From Octopus bimaculoides (taxonomy: Eukaryota), in the NCBI RefSeq assembly GCF_001194135.2, contig NC_068983.1, positions 97,354,772 through 97,395,954 of the forward strand: a stretch of DNA of 41,183 nt, in the 5' to 3' direction. The notes under the pieces were generated by a model, which was given only the letters and a program-made list of their open reading frames with translations, was not told the origin of the DNA and made no database searches. Within the stretch, counting starts at the first letter, position 1, and each line of letters begins with the position of its first letter. Both the position numbers and the translations under genes were made by a program. Positions 9,878 to 22,477 of the stretch are shown here, one piece after another.

Positions 9878-12297
9878 TGCACTTATATATTAATAACGTA
9901 CACAAATACATGACAGGTAATCATAATACTGAAATAAGCATAAAGTAAACACACGCTGACAAATATATTAACATTACAAATTGAAAAAAAAACAAAAATA
10001 AAACATACAATCAATGAAGACACAAAAGAAACAGTAAGATGATACATGTTGATTTTATGAGGTATTTCTATTCTTTTAGAAACCTACAATGTAGAGGTCA
10101 TTTTACAGACGCTAAACTATAAATTTCACAAGGTACAACCTTAAAGTTGACACCGCTCCGCTAAACGCAGAAAATTCCTGTTTCGCTATTGGCTATAAAT
10201 ACACAGTTTTTGTTTGGGGTTTTTTTTTCGATTTTTAAACCTCTGTAAATTTTTGCTTCAATTTCTTTCTCCACAACGTCATACCTTCATAGCAATTAGA
10301 CTGGAAAACTTTATTATTATTACCGATTTTCAGATTTTTACTGTTTTTTAAAAAAATGCATATTTTGCAAATGAAAAGACTAGATCTCACACACACACAC
10401 ACTCTCTCTCTCTCTATCTCTCTCTCTCTCTCCATCTCTCTCTCTCCATCTCTCTCTCTCTCTCTCTCTCTNNNNNNNNNNNNNNNNNNNNNNNNNNNNN
10501 NNNNNNNNNNNNNNNNNNNNNNNNNNNNNNNNNNNNNNNNNNNNNNNNNNNNNNNNNNNNNNNNNNNNNNNNNNNNNNNNNNNNNNNNNNNNNNNNNNNN
10601 NNNNNNNNNNNNNNNNNNNNNNNNNNNNNNNNNNNNNNNNNNNNNNNNNNNNNNNNNNNNNNNNNNNNNNNNNNNNNNNNNNNNNNNNNNNNNNNNNNNN
10701 NNNNNNNNNNNNNNGGCTGCTGAAAATTTCATGGCTTTGATTAAAAGAAAATACAAGGGGATCAGTTAATTATGATTGCATTCAACATATTACTCTCTCA
10801 TGATTCACACACTTATTGTAGTGATCCTTCAGTTTTTCTAAGCCCTGTAAAAAGAACTCAGAAGGTTGGGTCACCAACCAGACCTTTCTCGATGCCCTTA
10901 AAGCCAGTAACTTTTCAGCACTTCATGTATATGTCCACATACATTTATACATATATATTTATTTACATACACACACACACACACACATACATTAATGCAA
11001 TTTAAGGTAAGAAATATGCTGAATTCATTACCATTGGAAAAAGTATGATGTAACTTTCCATACCAGGAATAGCCTATTTGTTCGGATCTTTTTTTATTAC
11101 CTCAAGACACCGAAAATCCTTTCAAGGGACATCAGACTCTCTATTTGTAAATATGGCGCCACCTTCACGAGGATGTCTTGTTTTGGCCAAAGGCCAGCGA
11201 GTGTACTGCAACAATCTTACGCTGTTTAATCGCATTGATACGTTAGAGACATCTGTATGAAGCTTAAGATCGCTGCAGGGGATATGTTGAGATCTATGCG
11301 GGATATCGTTTATACGTCGCCTGTTCAGTTCTATGGTTGTCACTTGCAACTGTTTACCTGTCCGCACACACTGATGGGGGTGTTGCAGCAATTGTACTTG
11401 TACTGAGAAAAGAAATCGTTATTTAACGGAAGTTTCCGATACTGAATGTGTTACTGTGTCTACACACGTAGTCAGTCAATTATTATTCGCCCATATACAA
11501 GTATGTTCTCATTTCCGTAAACTGACAAACTCACAAACGCAAGAGGAAATTTGCACTCCTACATATAGACATGGTTTCGCTTATACAACTAATAAGATTC
11601 ACACATATAAATGCACTTTACATATACATATTTATATGTGTGCATGCGCGTTTGCGTGTGCGTGTTTATGTTTGGGGATGAAACATGTAGAAGGATAGAA
11701 AAATATAATGTGTGTGTGTATATATTTATATATATATATATATANNNNNNNNNNNNNNNNNNNNNNNNNNNNNNNNNNNNNNNNNNNNNNNNNNNNNNNN
11801 NNNNNNNNNNNNNNNNNNNNNNNNNNNNNNNNNNNNNNNNNNNNNNNNNNNNNNNNNNNNNNNNNNNNNNNNNNNNNNNNNNNNNNNNNNNNNNNNNNNN
11901 NNNNNNNNNNNNNNNNNNNNNNNNNNNNNNNNNNNNNNNNNNNNNNNNNNNNNNNNNNNNNNNNNNNNNNNNNNNNNNNNNNTATATATATGTGTATATA
12001 TATATATATATACAAATATACATGCTTACACACACACACAATATATGGTTGTTACAGCCATACATTCATATATATATATGCGTGTACAGACACGTACACT
12101 CATACACGCGCGCGCGCATGGACATACCCCAAAACATTTAAAGCGAAAAATACAGAGAGCCATAGCTAACAGGCAATTTAATAACCCACTGAATGGTCCT
12201 CTACTTATGTATGCAATCATACATACATGTATAAATGTATCTATATATTTACTTATATGTTTTTGTATACTTGTGTGTATTTGAGTGCATTTTTCTT

Positions 12298-12370
<73 letters not shown>

Positions 12371-12738
12371 TTGTTTTCTTTTTGACAACTTAGAAATAGC
12401 CTAAACAACGAAATAAAGGTCATTCAGCTTGGATGGCTGATTGTCTTACCGACACACAATAAATATTATCTTGTTTATTCCGCTGTTATCCCTTCAAAAA
12501 CTTTCTGATCCATCGAACCATCATCTTGGAGCATATCACCTTCCTTCAAGCTCACCTAATATCGTCTCTCTCGATTTCCCCTTGAAGTACCACATTAAGC
12601 ACCACATTTATTTATTCATTTTATGTTATCTCGCAGCTCTAAGTTTCTTCTTTATTCTCACTGCCGCTGTCATTTTTTCCCTTCTCATTACAGGCCGCAA
12701 TATACGGAAGTTCATACTCAACATTAAGTGTATGAAAA

Positions 12739-13310
12739 GGCAGCGAACTGGCAGAATCGTTAGCATTCCGGGCGAAATGCTTATCGATATTTCCTCCGTT
12801 GCTACGTTCCGAGTTCAAATTCCGCCGAGGTCGACTGTGCCTTTCATCCTTTCGGGGTCGATAAATTAAGTACCAGTCAAGTGCTGGCGTTGATGTGATC
12901 GACTATGCCCCTCCCCTCAAATTCCAGGCCTTGTGCCTATAGTAGAAAGGATTATTGTAATTATTAAGGCGGCGATCTGGCAGAATCGTTAGCACGCTGG
13001 ACGAAATGCTTAGCGGTATTTCGTCAGCTTTTATGTTCTGAGTTCGAATTCCGCCTAGGTCGACTTTGACGTTCATCCTTTCGGGGTCGAGAAAATAAGT
13101 ACCAACTAGTTGAGGACCCTGTTCGGAAATTGCTGGCCTTGTGTCAAAATTTGAAACTAATATTAAGTATAGCAAAGACGTCGAGCTGGCTGAATCGTTA
13201 CCATGCCAAGCAAAAATGCTTTGTGGCATTTCATCTGTCTTTACGTTCTGAGTTCAAATTCCGCCATTGTCGACTTTGCCTTTCATCCTTTCGAGTTCGA
13301 TAAAATAAGT
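12739..13310 (+). mobile_element. SINE family B: three head-to-tail copies (12739-12955, 12968-13160, 13177-13310)
   Basis: Each starts gg(c/a)(g/a)gcga(g/a/t)ctggc(a/t)gaatcgtta and carries gagttc(a/g)aattccgcc and gcctttcatcctttcg. Confidence 0.93.
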
Positions 13311-13320
13311 AGACGCACAT

Positions 13321-13322
13321 AT

Positions 13323-13400
<78 letters not shown>

Positions 13401-13548
13401 GCATACATATATACATGCATACATACGACGGGCTTCTTCCAATTTTCCGTTTACCAAATCTTCTCATTTATATAGATGTGTGTATGTGTGTGTGTGTGTA
13501 TGTATAAATATTTATCTAACTATCTGTCTATCTATCTATCTATCTATA

Positions 13549-13593
<45 letters not shown>

Positions 13594-13668
13594 GTCTATC
13601 TATCTATCTATTTATCTACCTACCTACCTATCTCTCTATCTATCTCTCTATCTATCTCTCTATCTATA

Positions 13669-13709
<41 letters not shown>

Positions 13710-13760
13710 ATATACATCTATATATATATATATATATGTATATATATANNNNNNNNNNTA

Positions 13761-13801
<41 letters not shown>

Positions 13802-13810
13802 ATATACATC

Positions 13811-13845
<35 letters not shown>

Positions 13846-13899
13846 GTATGTATATATATATGTATGTATAAATTATCTATATATCTATGTATATATATA

Positions 13900-13960
<61 letters not shown>
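13321..13960. repeat. Compound (TA)n/(CTAT)n/(TG)n microsatellite with a SINE A fragment (13424-13468, minus)
   Basis: Direct reading; acgacgggcttcttccaattttccgtttaccaaatc is the family A body. Confidence 0.9.
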
Positions 13961-14399
13961 TAAATTGTACAAAACACAAAAGAATACAAATAAAAAATAT
14001 AGAGACAGGTGAGGGGACAAGAAACAAGATGCATTAGCTTGACGCCCAGGGAAAATGGAAGAGTCTTTAACGTTTCCAGTCTATGCTGTTCTACCACAAG
14101 GAATAAGTGAGAGAAGACAAAGAAAGAAAAAAAAAAGAGACGGGTAGTAAAAATAAAACGTTTTTGGATTAACGGTTCCACATGTTGATTTTACCGGAAG
14201 TAAGGAAGTGGTAGGGGATGTGTGTAGCAAGAGAGGCAACAGTACCTTGGGTAAGGTGTGTGTGCGCAAGCATAGTGTATGCGTATGTGATGCTAATATG
14301 TGTGTGAGTGTAATGAGGCTATCAGATATATAATATGCATATATATCTATATATTCACACATATATAGACATATATGCACATATATACACGCATATGGA

Positions 14400-15224
14400 T
14401 GAGGGGTGCCCAAAATTCACCAGAATTTTGAAATGTTATTTTATTCACTTAGTTTTACATGTTTACATTTTTATCGCCTTCAATGTTTTCTCTATTTGAA
14501 GCAACGCATCGGTTCAGACGCGTTTTTCCACTTTCAATTTTGGAAGCAATGCTGGAACTCTTGCGAAGTGATGCCTTTTCTTCACCTCTTCCACAGATGA
14601 CTTTCAAAAAAAAGGTCCGGATAAACTTCCAACTGTTCATTCAGTTCACGACAGGCGTTCAGTCTTCACTGCTTTTGATCTTCCGTGAGCAAGCGAGCCA
14701 CAAGTTTTGCTGCAACTTCCTTCTTTCACAGTTCCTCGCTCAAAATTCGTTGCCAGAAGCACCAGAACATACCAGTCATATTAGTAACTTCGTCAATTGT
14801 TCGGTGACGTTCTTCCAAGATGAGTTCATGAATTTTCGTGATATTTTAATTCGTTCGGGAGGTCGACGTCGTCTTGAACGAGGTTTGTCTTTAAGCGACA
14901 AATGATCATCTCTAAAAAGTGAAAAGCCACTCGTAAACTTATATTTTGTACATGGCAACTTCCTTGTAAGCTTTTTGAAACGTGAGAACCCGTTTCGCCC
15001 GCTGTTTTTCCCAGCAGAAAACAGAATTTCACGTGAGCATGGTGTTCCTTCATTTCAGCACTGCAAAACAAAGACGCACCCCGTGGCAGTATGACCTCAC
15101 CGAATAACGCCGGTCGGCAGACTAATGCCTGAGGCTTGCATTAAGTGGCTTGTAGCGGCGGAAGCCTAAACTACAACGGGTTTGTCCCATAGAGAAGTTT
15201 CCGGTTACTTTTGGGTATCCCTCG
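14400..15224 (-). mobile_element. Internally deleted mariner (Tc1/mariner) DNA transposon with both TIRs
   Basis: TIRs: atgaggggtgcccaaaattcaccagaat (14399-14426) vs the reverse complement of 15198-15225, acgagggatacccaaaagtaaccggaaa (21/28 identical). Transposase remnant MKEHHAHVKFCFLLGKTAGET...FRDDHLSLKDKPRS..STSRTN*NITKIHELILEERHRTIDEV...VAAKLVARLLTEDQKQ...DLFLKVI, then a jump to the C-terminal NRCVASNRENIEGDK. Confidence 0.9.
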
Positions 15225-15306
<82 letters not shown>

Positions 15307-15533
15307 TCTCTCTCTTTCACACACGCGCGCGCGCAGACTTATTTAGTGAGAGGGAGCAAGAAAGGGGCATAATTTGTACTGTGCAAACGCAGATTATATT
15401 GGAGTTGTATGCTGTTTGGAGATCGTTTGGAAATCTTGTTGTTCCTCGAAATCAAGAAACACTGTTTCCTTTAACCAACTCCAACATTACGAAACGTCCC
15501 CTTTCTCATATTTGCCTCTTTCCCCCAAATATA

Positions 15534-15746
15534 CTTTCGTACTCTAAGCACAAGGCCCGAAATTTTGGCGGAAGGGGGCCAGTCGATTAGATCGACCCTA
15601 GTACGCAACTGGTACTTAATTTATCGACCCCAAAAGGATAACAGGCAAAGTCGACCTCAGTAGAATTTGAACTCAGAACGTAAAGACAGACGAAATACCG
15701 CTAAGCATTTCATCCGGCATGCTAACGTTTCTGCCAGCTGGCCGCC
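15534..15746 (-). mobile_element. SINE family B, full copy
   Basis: Matches the family consensus on the minus strand. Confidence 0.92.
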
Positions 15747-16215
15747 TTTCTTTCCCCCAGATATCAGTCTGTCTCTGATCTACTCGCATCCAATGTGAGT
15801 AGGTCTTTACCTGCGCATGCGCACGTGCCTGTACNNNNNNNNNNNNNNNNNNNNNNNNNNNNNNNNNNNNNNNNNNNNNNNNNNNNNNNNNNNNNNNNNN
15901 NNNNNNNNNNNNNNNNNNNNNNNNNNNNNNNNNNNNNNNNNNNNNNNNNNNNNNNNNNNNNNNNNNNNNNNNNNNNNNNNNNNNNNNNNNNNNNNNNNNN
16001 NNNNNNNNNNNNNNNNNNNNNNNNNNNNNNNNNNNNNNNNNNNNNNNNNNNNNNNNNNNNNNNNNNNNNNNNNNNNNNNNNNNNNNNNNNNNNNNNNNNN
16101 NNNNNNNNNNNNNNNNNNNNNNNNNNNNNNNNNNNNNNNNNNNNNNNNNNNNNNNNNNNNNNNNNNNNNNNNNNNNNNNNNNNNNNNNNNNNNNNNNNNN
16201 NNNNNNNNNNNNNNN

Positions 16216-16255
<40 letters not shown>

Positions 16256-16398
16256 GCGACGGGCTTCTTTCAGTTTCTGCCTCCCAAATCTACTGACAAG
16301 GCTTTGGTCGACCCGAGGCTATAGCAGTGGTGTCACGCAGTGGGACTGAACCTGCAACCATGCAGTAGGGAACCTAGCTCCTTACCGCCTGCGGCTGT
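16256..16398 (-). mobile_element. SINE family A, 5' half
   Basis: cgacgggcttctttcagtttc...caaggctttggtcgacccgaggctatag...cacgcagtgggactgaacc. Confidence 0.85.
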
Positions 16399-17353
16399 AT
16401 ATATATTCAGTTATGTCTATAAGTCTGGGAACCTGGTTCATGTGTATGAATATGTGCGTGTACATTAAATACATGCTGTGTTTTCGGTTGATATTTTGAG
16501 TGTATATATGTCTGGGAACCTAACGTGCCTGTATGAAATATATATGTATGTGTGCGCTGTGTTCTTGGTTGACATTTTGTCTGTCCATATTTATGAATGC
16601 GTGCATTTATACATATGTTTGAGTGTGTCTACACTCGTGTGTGGACATGTGGCTGTGAAGGTGAACAGATGAATATAATAAAATGTGTGTGCGTAGACAT
16701 AGCTCAGCACCTATATGTCTGCGTGTATTTAAACACGCGTATGTGTCTGTATTTCTATAAACGAAGTGAATCCATGTGTATGTGTGTACTGTATATTTTT
16801 AAATGGCTGTATCATTTTTTTTTGTCCTCCGCTTTACGTGCTTTGCTTGTGTAAACCGCCACCACAAGGAGTCGCTAGTGGTCTATACACTACAGCTGTA
16901 GATGAACAATCCGGTTTAACATAGTGTAAATTGGTCGTCTTTGTGAATCGGTTGGATTTAAGAGGCGACTAATCGTACGCTGAATAGGTTACCCGCTGTC
17001 CGCTATTGTGCTAGTGTGAGTCGGTCGACAGTACCACATGCCGAGTAAATGTTCGAAATGGCGTCAACTGTCGTAGATGCTTGTGTGAATGTGTGTGTGT
17101 TGCAAGTTATTTACCTACAAGAGAGAAATACAGACAGAGAAAAGGGAAGGGAAAGCGAGAGTGAAGGAGAGAGAGAGCTGATAGAGTAGAGTTCAAGTAA
17201 AGCTGTATTTGATAATTTTTCCTTTCTTAACCAAACCAACAACCTCGACGTTGCTGTTCGTCGAGAAGAGAAAATATTGTTATCACGATGTAAAAATCTT
17301 TTTCAATATTTCTAGTTATTAAAGCAAATTATTTCAGTATTTCTAGATATGTA

Positions 17354-17896
17354 GGCGCAGGCGTGGCTGAGTAGTATAAAGATTGCTTCTCGAGCACCCG
17401 GGATCACTCCCACTGCGTAGCCTCGAGTCGTCCAATGCCTTCTGAGTAGATTTAGTAGACGGAAGCTGAAAGAAAACCGTCGTGTGGTAAGAAGCTTGTA
17501 ATCAACCACACGGTTCAAGGTTCAATTCCACTGTGTAGCACATGGGGCAAGTGTCTTCTACCAAAAGCCTCGGGCCGACCAAAGCCTTGTGAGTGAATTT
17601 GGTAGACGGAAACTGAAAGAAGCCCATCGTATATGTGTTTATATATGTATATTCATGTGTATGAGTCTTTGTGCCTGTGTTTGTCTTCCCACCATCGTTT
17701 GACAACCGATGTCGGTGTGTTTACGTCCCCTTAGGCGTAGGAGTGGTTGTGTGGTAAGTAGCTTGCTTACGAACCACATGGTTCCGGCTTCAGTCCCACT
17801 ACGTGGCACCTTGGGCAAGTGTCTTCTACTATAGCCTCGAGCCGACCAAAGCCTTGTGAGTGGATTTGGTAGACGGAAACTGAAAGAAGCCCGTCG

Positions 17897-17941
<45 letters not shown>

Positions 17942-17956
17942 GTGTGTGTGTGTGTG
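17354..17956 (+). mobile_element. SINE family A cluster: three tandem/nested copies (17354-17484, 17485-17731, 17734-17956)
   Basis: Three successive heads and bodies ending ggtagacggaa(a/g)ctgaaagaa; the third runs into a (TA/TG)n tract and a gap. Confidence 0.92.
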
Positions 17957-18564
17957 NNNNNNNNNNNNNNNNNNNNNNNNNNNNNNNNNNNNNNNNNNNN
18001 NNNNNNNNNNNNNNNNNNNNNNNNNNNNNNNNNNNNNNNNNNNNNNNNNNNNNNNNNNNNNNNNNNNNNNNNNNNNNNNNNNNNNNNNNNNNNNNNNNNN
18101 NNNNNNNNNNNNNNNNNNNNNNNNNNNNNNNNNNNNNNNNNNNNNNNNNNNNNNNNNNNNNNNNNNNNNNNNNNNNNNNNNNNNNNNNNNNNNNNNNNNN
18201 NNNNNNNNNNNNNNNNNNNNNNNNNNNNNNNNNNNNNNNNNNNNNNNNNNNNNNNNNNNNNNNNNNNNNNNNNNNNNNNNNNNNNNNNNNNNNNNNNNNN
18301 NNNNNNNNNNNNNNNNNNNNNNNNATATATACATAAATGTCTAATCAAGTGCATATATATAAAAGATGCACTGCCATTTTATGCACCGATATACATGCAT
18401 ATGTACGCGGCCAACAAAGTGCATATACAAACATATATATACATGTGTGTGTGCGTATATGTTTGTGTTTGTCTGTATGTGTGTGAGTGTGGGTGAGTGG
18501 GTATGTGGGTGCTTATGCGTGTGTATGTGTGTACCTGTATGTATATCATATATATGTGTGTGTT

Positions 18565-18629
<65 letters not shown>

Positions 18630-20520
18630 GCACACATGCACACGTATATCTATTAACACTCGTATATCTATGCAAACATGCATGCATGCTTATGTGTTCG
18701 TATTTCTCTATGTATATGAATGCGTGTATGTATGCATTTATGTATTGTATATAAGCTTATATATCTCAGTGAAAGCATGTGTACATATATAGTACTGTTA
18801 ATATGTAGGGATTATAAAAGAGATAATCTTTACTGTATAGCTGTTCACTTCACTTATCATACATCTAATCTACATTCTCTGATGTCTGTTACACTTTAGA
18901 CATGCTTTTCTAATCCCTCCGTCTTAATAATCGGACATTTTAGCAGTAAACTGTAACAGCTTTCCAGTAATTCTTTAAAAACTGACCTTTTGTTTTGTTT
19001 GTTCGCTTGTTTGTATGTTTGTTTGATTTTAGTTGCTCTTAAGCTTCATTGCTGCCAGACACAATATGTCCGATAGAATCTTGCACTTCATTTCTTTGAC
19101 CTCTCGCCTTGTTTTCGCTTTCTTTCCGACAACTTTGACACGAAATAAAGACAGGAAAAACACCATATGCCCTAAAATTGATTTCTTGTTGTCAGAAAAT
19201 TTATCATGGCTTTTAGTAATTAATATCTTCATATGGATTTATTGAAATCTACGAAAGTCTTTTTCTGTTTGACGTATATAGCTTTTCTTTGATTTAGCAG
19301 CCATGACTCATGATAGAAGAGAGCTACTCATTTGGTTCTCAATAGCAGCAGCACTGTATGATGAGGAGGTAAGCTTCCTGTCTTCCTCTAATACCCGGTT
19401 TCGATTCCTGGTTGAAACACATTCCATTTCATTTCATCGCTAATATCTTTGAAAAAGCCATTAACATCACAACATAACATTTTTCTCCCTCTTGTAATAC
19501 TGAGACATTGACTAGATTGCAGCGAAGGAATGTCCTACGCTGTCACTTGACTTGCTGGATATAACAGCTAAATATTTTTCAATGTCTGAAATGTAAAGTA
19601 CATAATGAGCAAAATGTTCTGTTTCAAAAGTAAGACACTACAAAATGAGTGTGACGAGAATGCTTTTGATTGTAAAGGGCCATAATTGAAAACCGCAAAA
19701 CATTTTTGCAGCGCCCTATAGATTTTGCCCATAAAAAATGATAATTAAACTAAGTGCTGTGGAAGATGTAATAGACTAAACGCCATTGATGATGGTGCCT
19801 AGAATGATTGCGGCCCAGTGATAAGAATCAATGAAAGAACACATAGGTTATATATGGATAGATGTGTATTTATGTGCGTGTGAGTTTTGTAAATGGGTGT
19901 GTGAGGGTGTTTATTTGTATCTACCACAAAAAAATACTACCTTTACCTTCATTTCTCTCATGAGACGACGACGAAAACATGGATAACTTGTACTCCGAGT
20001 TACTTTATCCTGTCGCTCTCTCTATTTTACTCACTCTCTGGTTTACTTTTCTTTTTCTATTTTACTTTCTCTCCCGTTACCATCTCCCCAACACACCTTA
20101 TCTCCTTCTCCCCGTTAAAGACAGACGCTACTATATCTCCTTCCTCTTCAGTCCTCTGTTTCTCTCAAGCTCGTTTCTTACCTTTTACGTCAAATACTCA
20201 TTCGATCGCTTTTCTATTTCTCCCTCCTTTTTTTCAACATTTTACATCACTACACTTCTTTGGGCAACTTTCCCTCTCTCCATTTACAACAGACATCTCC
20301 CTAATAATTAACTCACCCTTCAAACATACCTTTTAAATTTCTTTTCCATTGTTATTCCTCCCCCCTCTCTCTACCTCTCTCTTTCTTTCCATCTCTCTCT
20401 CACTGCACTTACTTTATCTTTCTGAAGTTTAACTCTCGTCTGGCATGCGTAATATTTTGCAGCATTATAGAATCAACCAATCAACCAACAAAAGTGTGAC
20501 ATGTGCCTTAACCTTTTATA

Positions 20521-20999
20521 TATTATTCTTTTCTGCTCTAGGCACAATGCCCGACATTTTTGGGGGAGGGAGCCAGTCGATTAGATCAATCCCAGTTCAC
20601 AACTGGTACTTAATTTATCGACCCGAAAGGATGAAATGCAAAGTCGACCTCGGCGAAATTCGAACTCAGAACGTAGCAGCGGATGAAATACTGCTAAGCA
20701 TTTCGCCCAGCATGCTGCAGATGTTAACTAACGAAGAGAAAGTAGGAAATGAAATGATAGAATTAATAACAACAACAGTAACAATAATCTTTTCTACTAT
20801 AGACACAAGACCTGAAATTTTGGGGGAGGAGGTCAGTCGATTAGATCGACCCAGTATGCAACTGGTACTTAATTTATCGACCCCGAAAGGACGAAAAACA
20901 AAGTCGAATTCGGCGGAATTTGAACTTAGAACGTAGCGGCAGACGAAATACCGCTAAGCATTTCGTCCAGCGTGCTAACGATTCTGCCAGCTCGCTGTC
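20521..20999 (-). mobile_element. SINE family B: two tandem copies (20521-20715, 20786-20999)
   Basis: Family consensus on the minus strand. Confidence 0.92.
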
Positions 21000-21317
21000 T
21001 TAATATTAACAGTAATATTACGGAAAGATAACTCGGCAACAACTGCTGGTTAGAACACAATATAGTGAGTTTGTGAATTAGTTTCCATGAAGCTTTCTCG
21101 TTACTTTCTATCATGTACATCTACATTATCGATATAGTAGACAAATAATGACCAAATATCTCTCATGTCATATACCACCATCTTTTACAAGAATGTATAA
21201 TGTAGTTTATAATATAGTCTCGACATACAAGTGCCTGAGAGCCAAATGAACGGGGTGGTCTTAGTTGAAATACCTTTAATAATAGCGATAGTCTACCAAA
21301 GCTGAAATGAGACAAAC

Positions 21318-21384
21318 CACCACCACCACCACCACCACCGCCGCCGCCGCCGCCGCTACGACGACGATGACGACAACGACCAGC

Positions 21385-21416
<32 letters not shown>

Positions 21417-21432
21417 CAACAACAATAACAAC
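21318..21432. repeat. Compound trinucleotide repeat (CAC/CGC/GAC/CAA)
   Basis: Direct reading. Confidence 0.95.
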
Positions 21433-21682
21433 AAAGATTAGACTATCGACACAAACAAAAACAGTGAGATCAGATTCTCTTGTGTTTTTGGACTGGTTGA
21501 TGAGTGAACAAGCTGGCCCTATATTTTCACCCGTTTCATGACTATTACAGAGAAATGTAAATGTCAACAACAGATGTTAGAAGTAATACAAACGTGAACA
21601 TAATACTATTTCTCTCATTCCTTTAAATAGATATCTTGTGTTCTTATTACCAATCCTTTTTGATACTTTAGTATATTATTAG

Positions 21683-22093
21683 GGCAGCGAGCTGGCGAAA
21701 TCGTTAGCACGCCAGACAAAATGCTTAGCGCCATTTCATCTGTTTTTACGATCTGAGCTCAAACTCCGCCGAGGTTGACTTTCCATTTCATCCTTTCGGG
21801 ATCGATGAGGTAAGTACGAGTTGAGCACTGGAGTTGATGTGACTGACTAGTCTCCTCCCTCAAAAAATGTCAGGCCTTGTGCCTATAGTAGAAAGGATAT
21901 TTAGTATATTACTAGCACCGTATAAGGCGGCGAATCGGCTGTGGTTTGTATTTCGGATGGAAAGTACTGTGGAATTTGTTCTGGTCTTTCCACTTTGAGT
22001 AAGAATATCACCGATATAATCTTTACCTTTCATTCTGTTTGAGTCAATAAGTAAAGTACAAGTCCTGAGCATGAGATTGGTTGAATTATCAAT
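21683..22093 (+). mobile_element. SINE family B: full copy (21683-21896) plus an older diverged copy (21926-22093)
   Basis: Family consensus; the second copy keeps only the head start and the cctttcattc...gagtcaataa..taaagtac segment. Confidence 0.8.
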
Positions 22094-22477
22094 CATAGAA
22101 TCGGACAGGATTCCTAGCCTGTTCTAGTTCTTAGCTATTTGACAACACTTGCGATAACACTGTTATCAGGCTGCGTTTACTTTTCTCCTGCCCAATAACT
22201 TGTGAAAAGAGAAAACTTAAATGTACGGATAACTAACTGCTGGGTTTCCTTCAAATGTCATTTTTCAGGCTTGTGCTTTACAATGCAAACCCATAATTTC
22301 AAGAGTTAAAGCACTATTTATTTAGATCAGTGCTAGCATTGATGAAGTGAAGTTTACGTTTGTGACCCAAACGAGTTCTGAAAGTAGATCGAACGTTCAA
22401 ATAGCCGAGATTCTAACTTTAACTGTTTGCGGTTTATTAAAACGTTATAAGTAATTATTTGTTACATTGAGATATTC

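Noticed and set aside
12694-12735. Strong acceptor ttttttcccttctcattacAG
   Set aside because: It lies at the end of a generally pyrimidine-rich tract, has no strong donor, and the open frame runs into a SINE.
13660-13850. Repeated block around the 10-N gap at 13749
   Set aside because: Microsatellite contig-end overlap, i.e. an assembly artefact.
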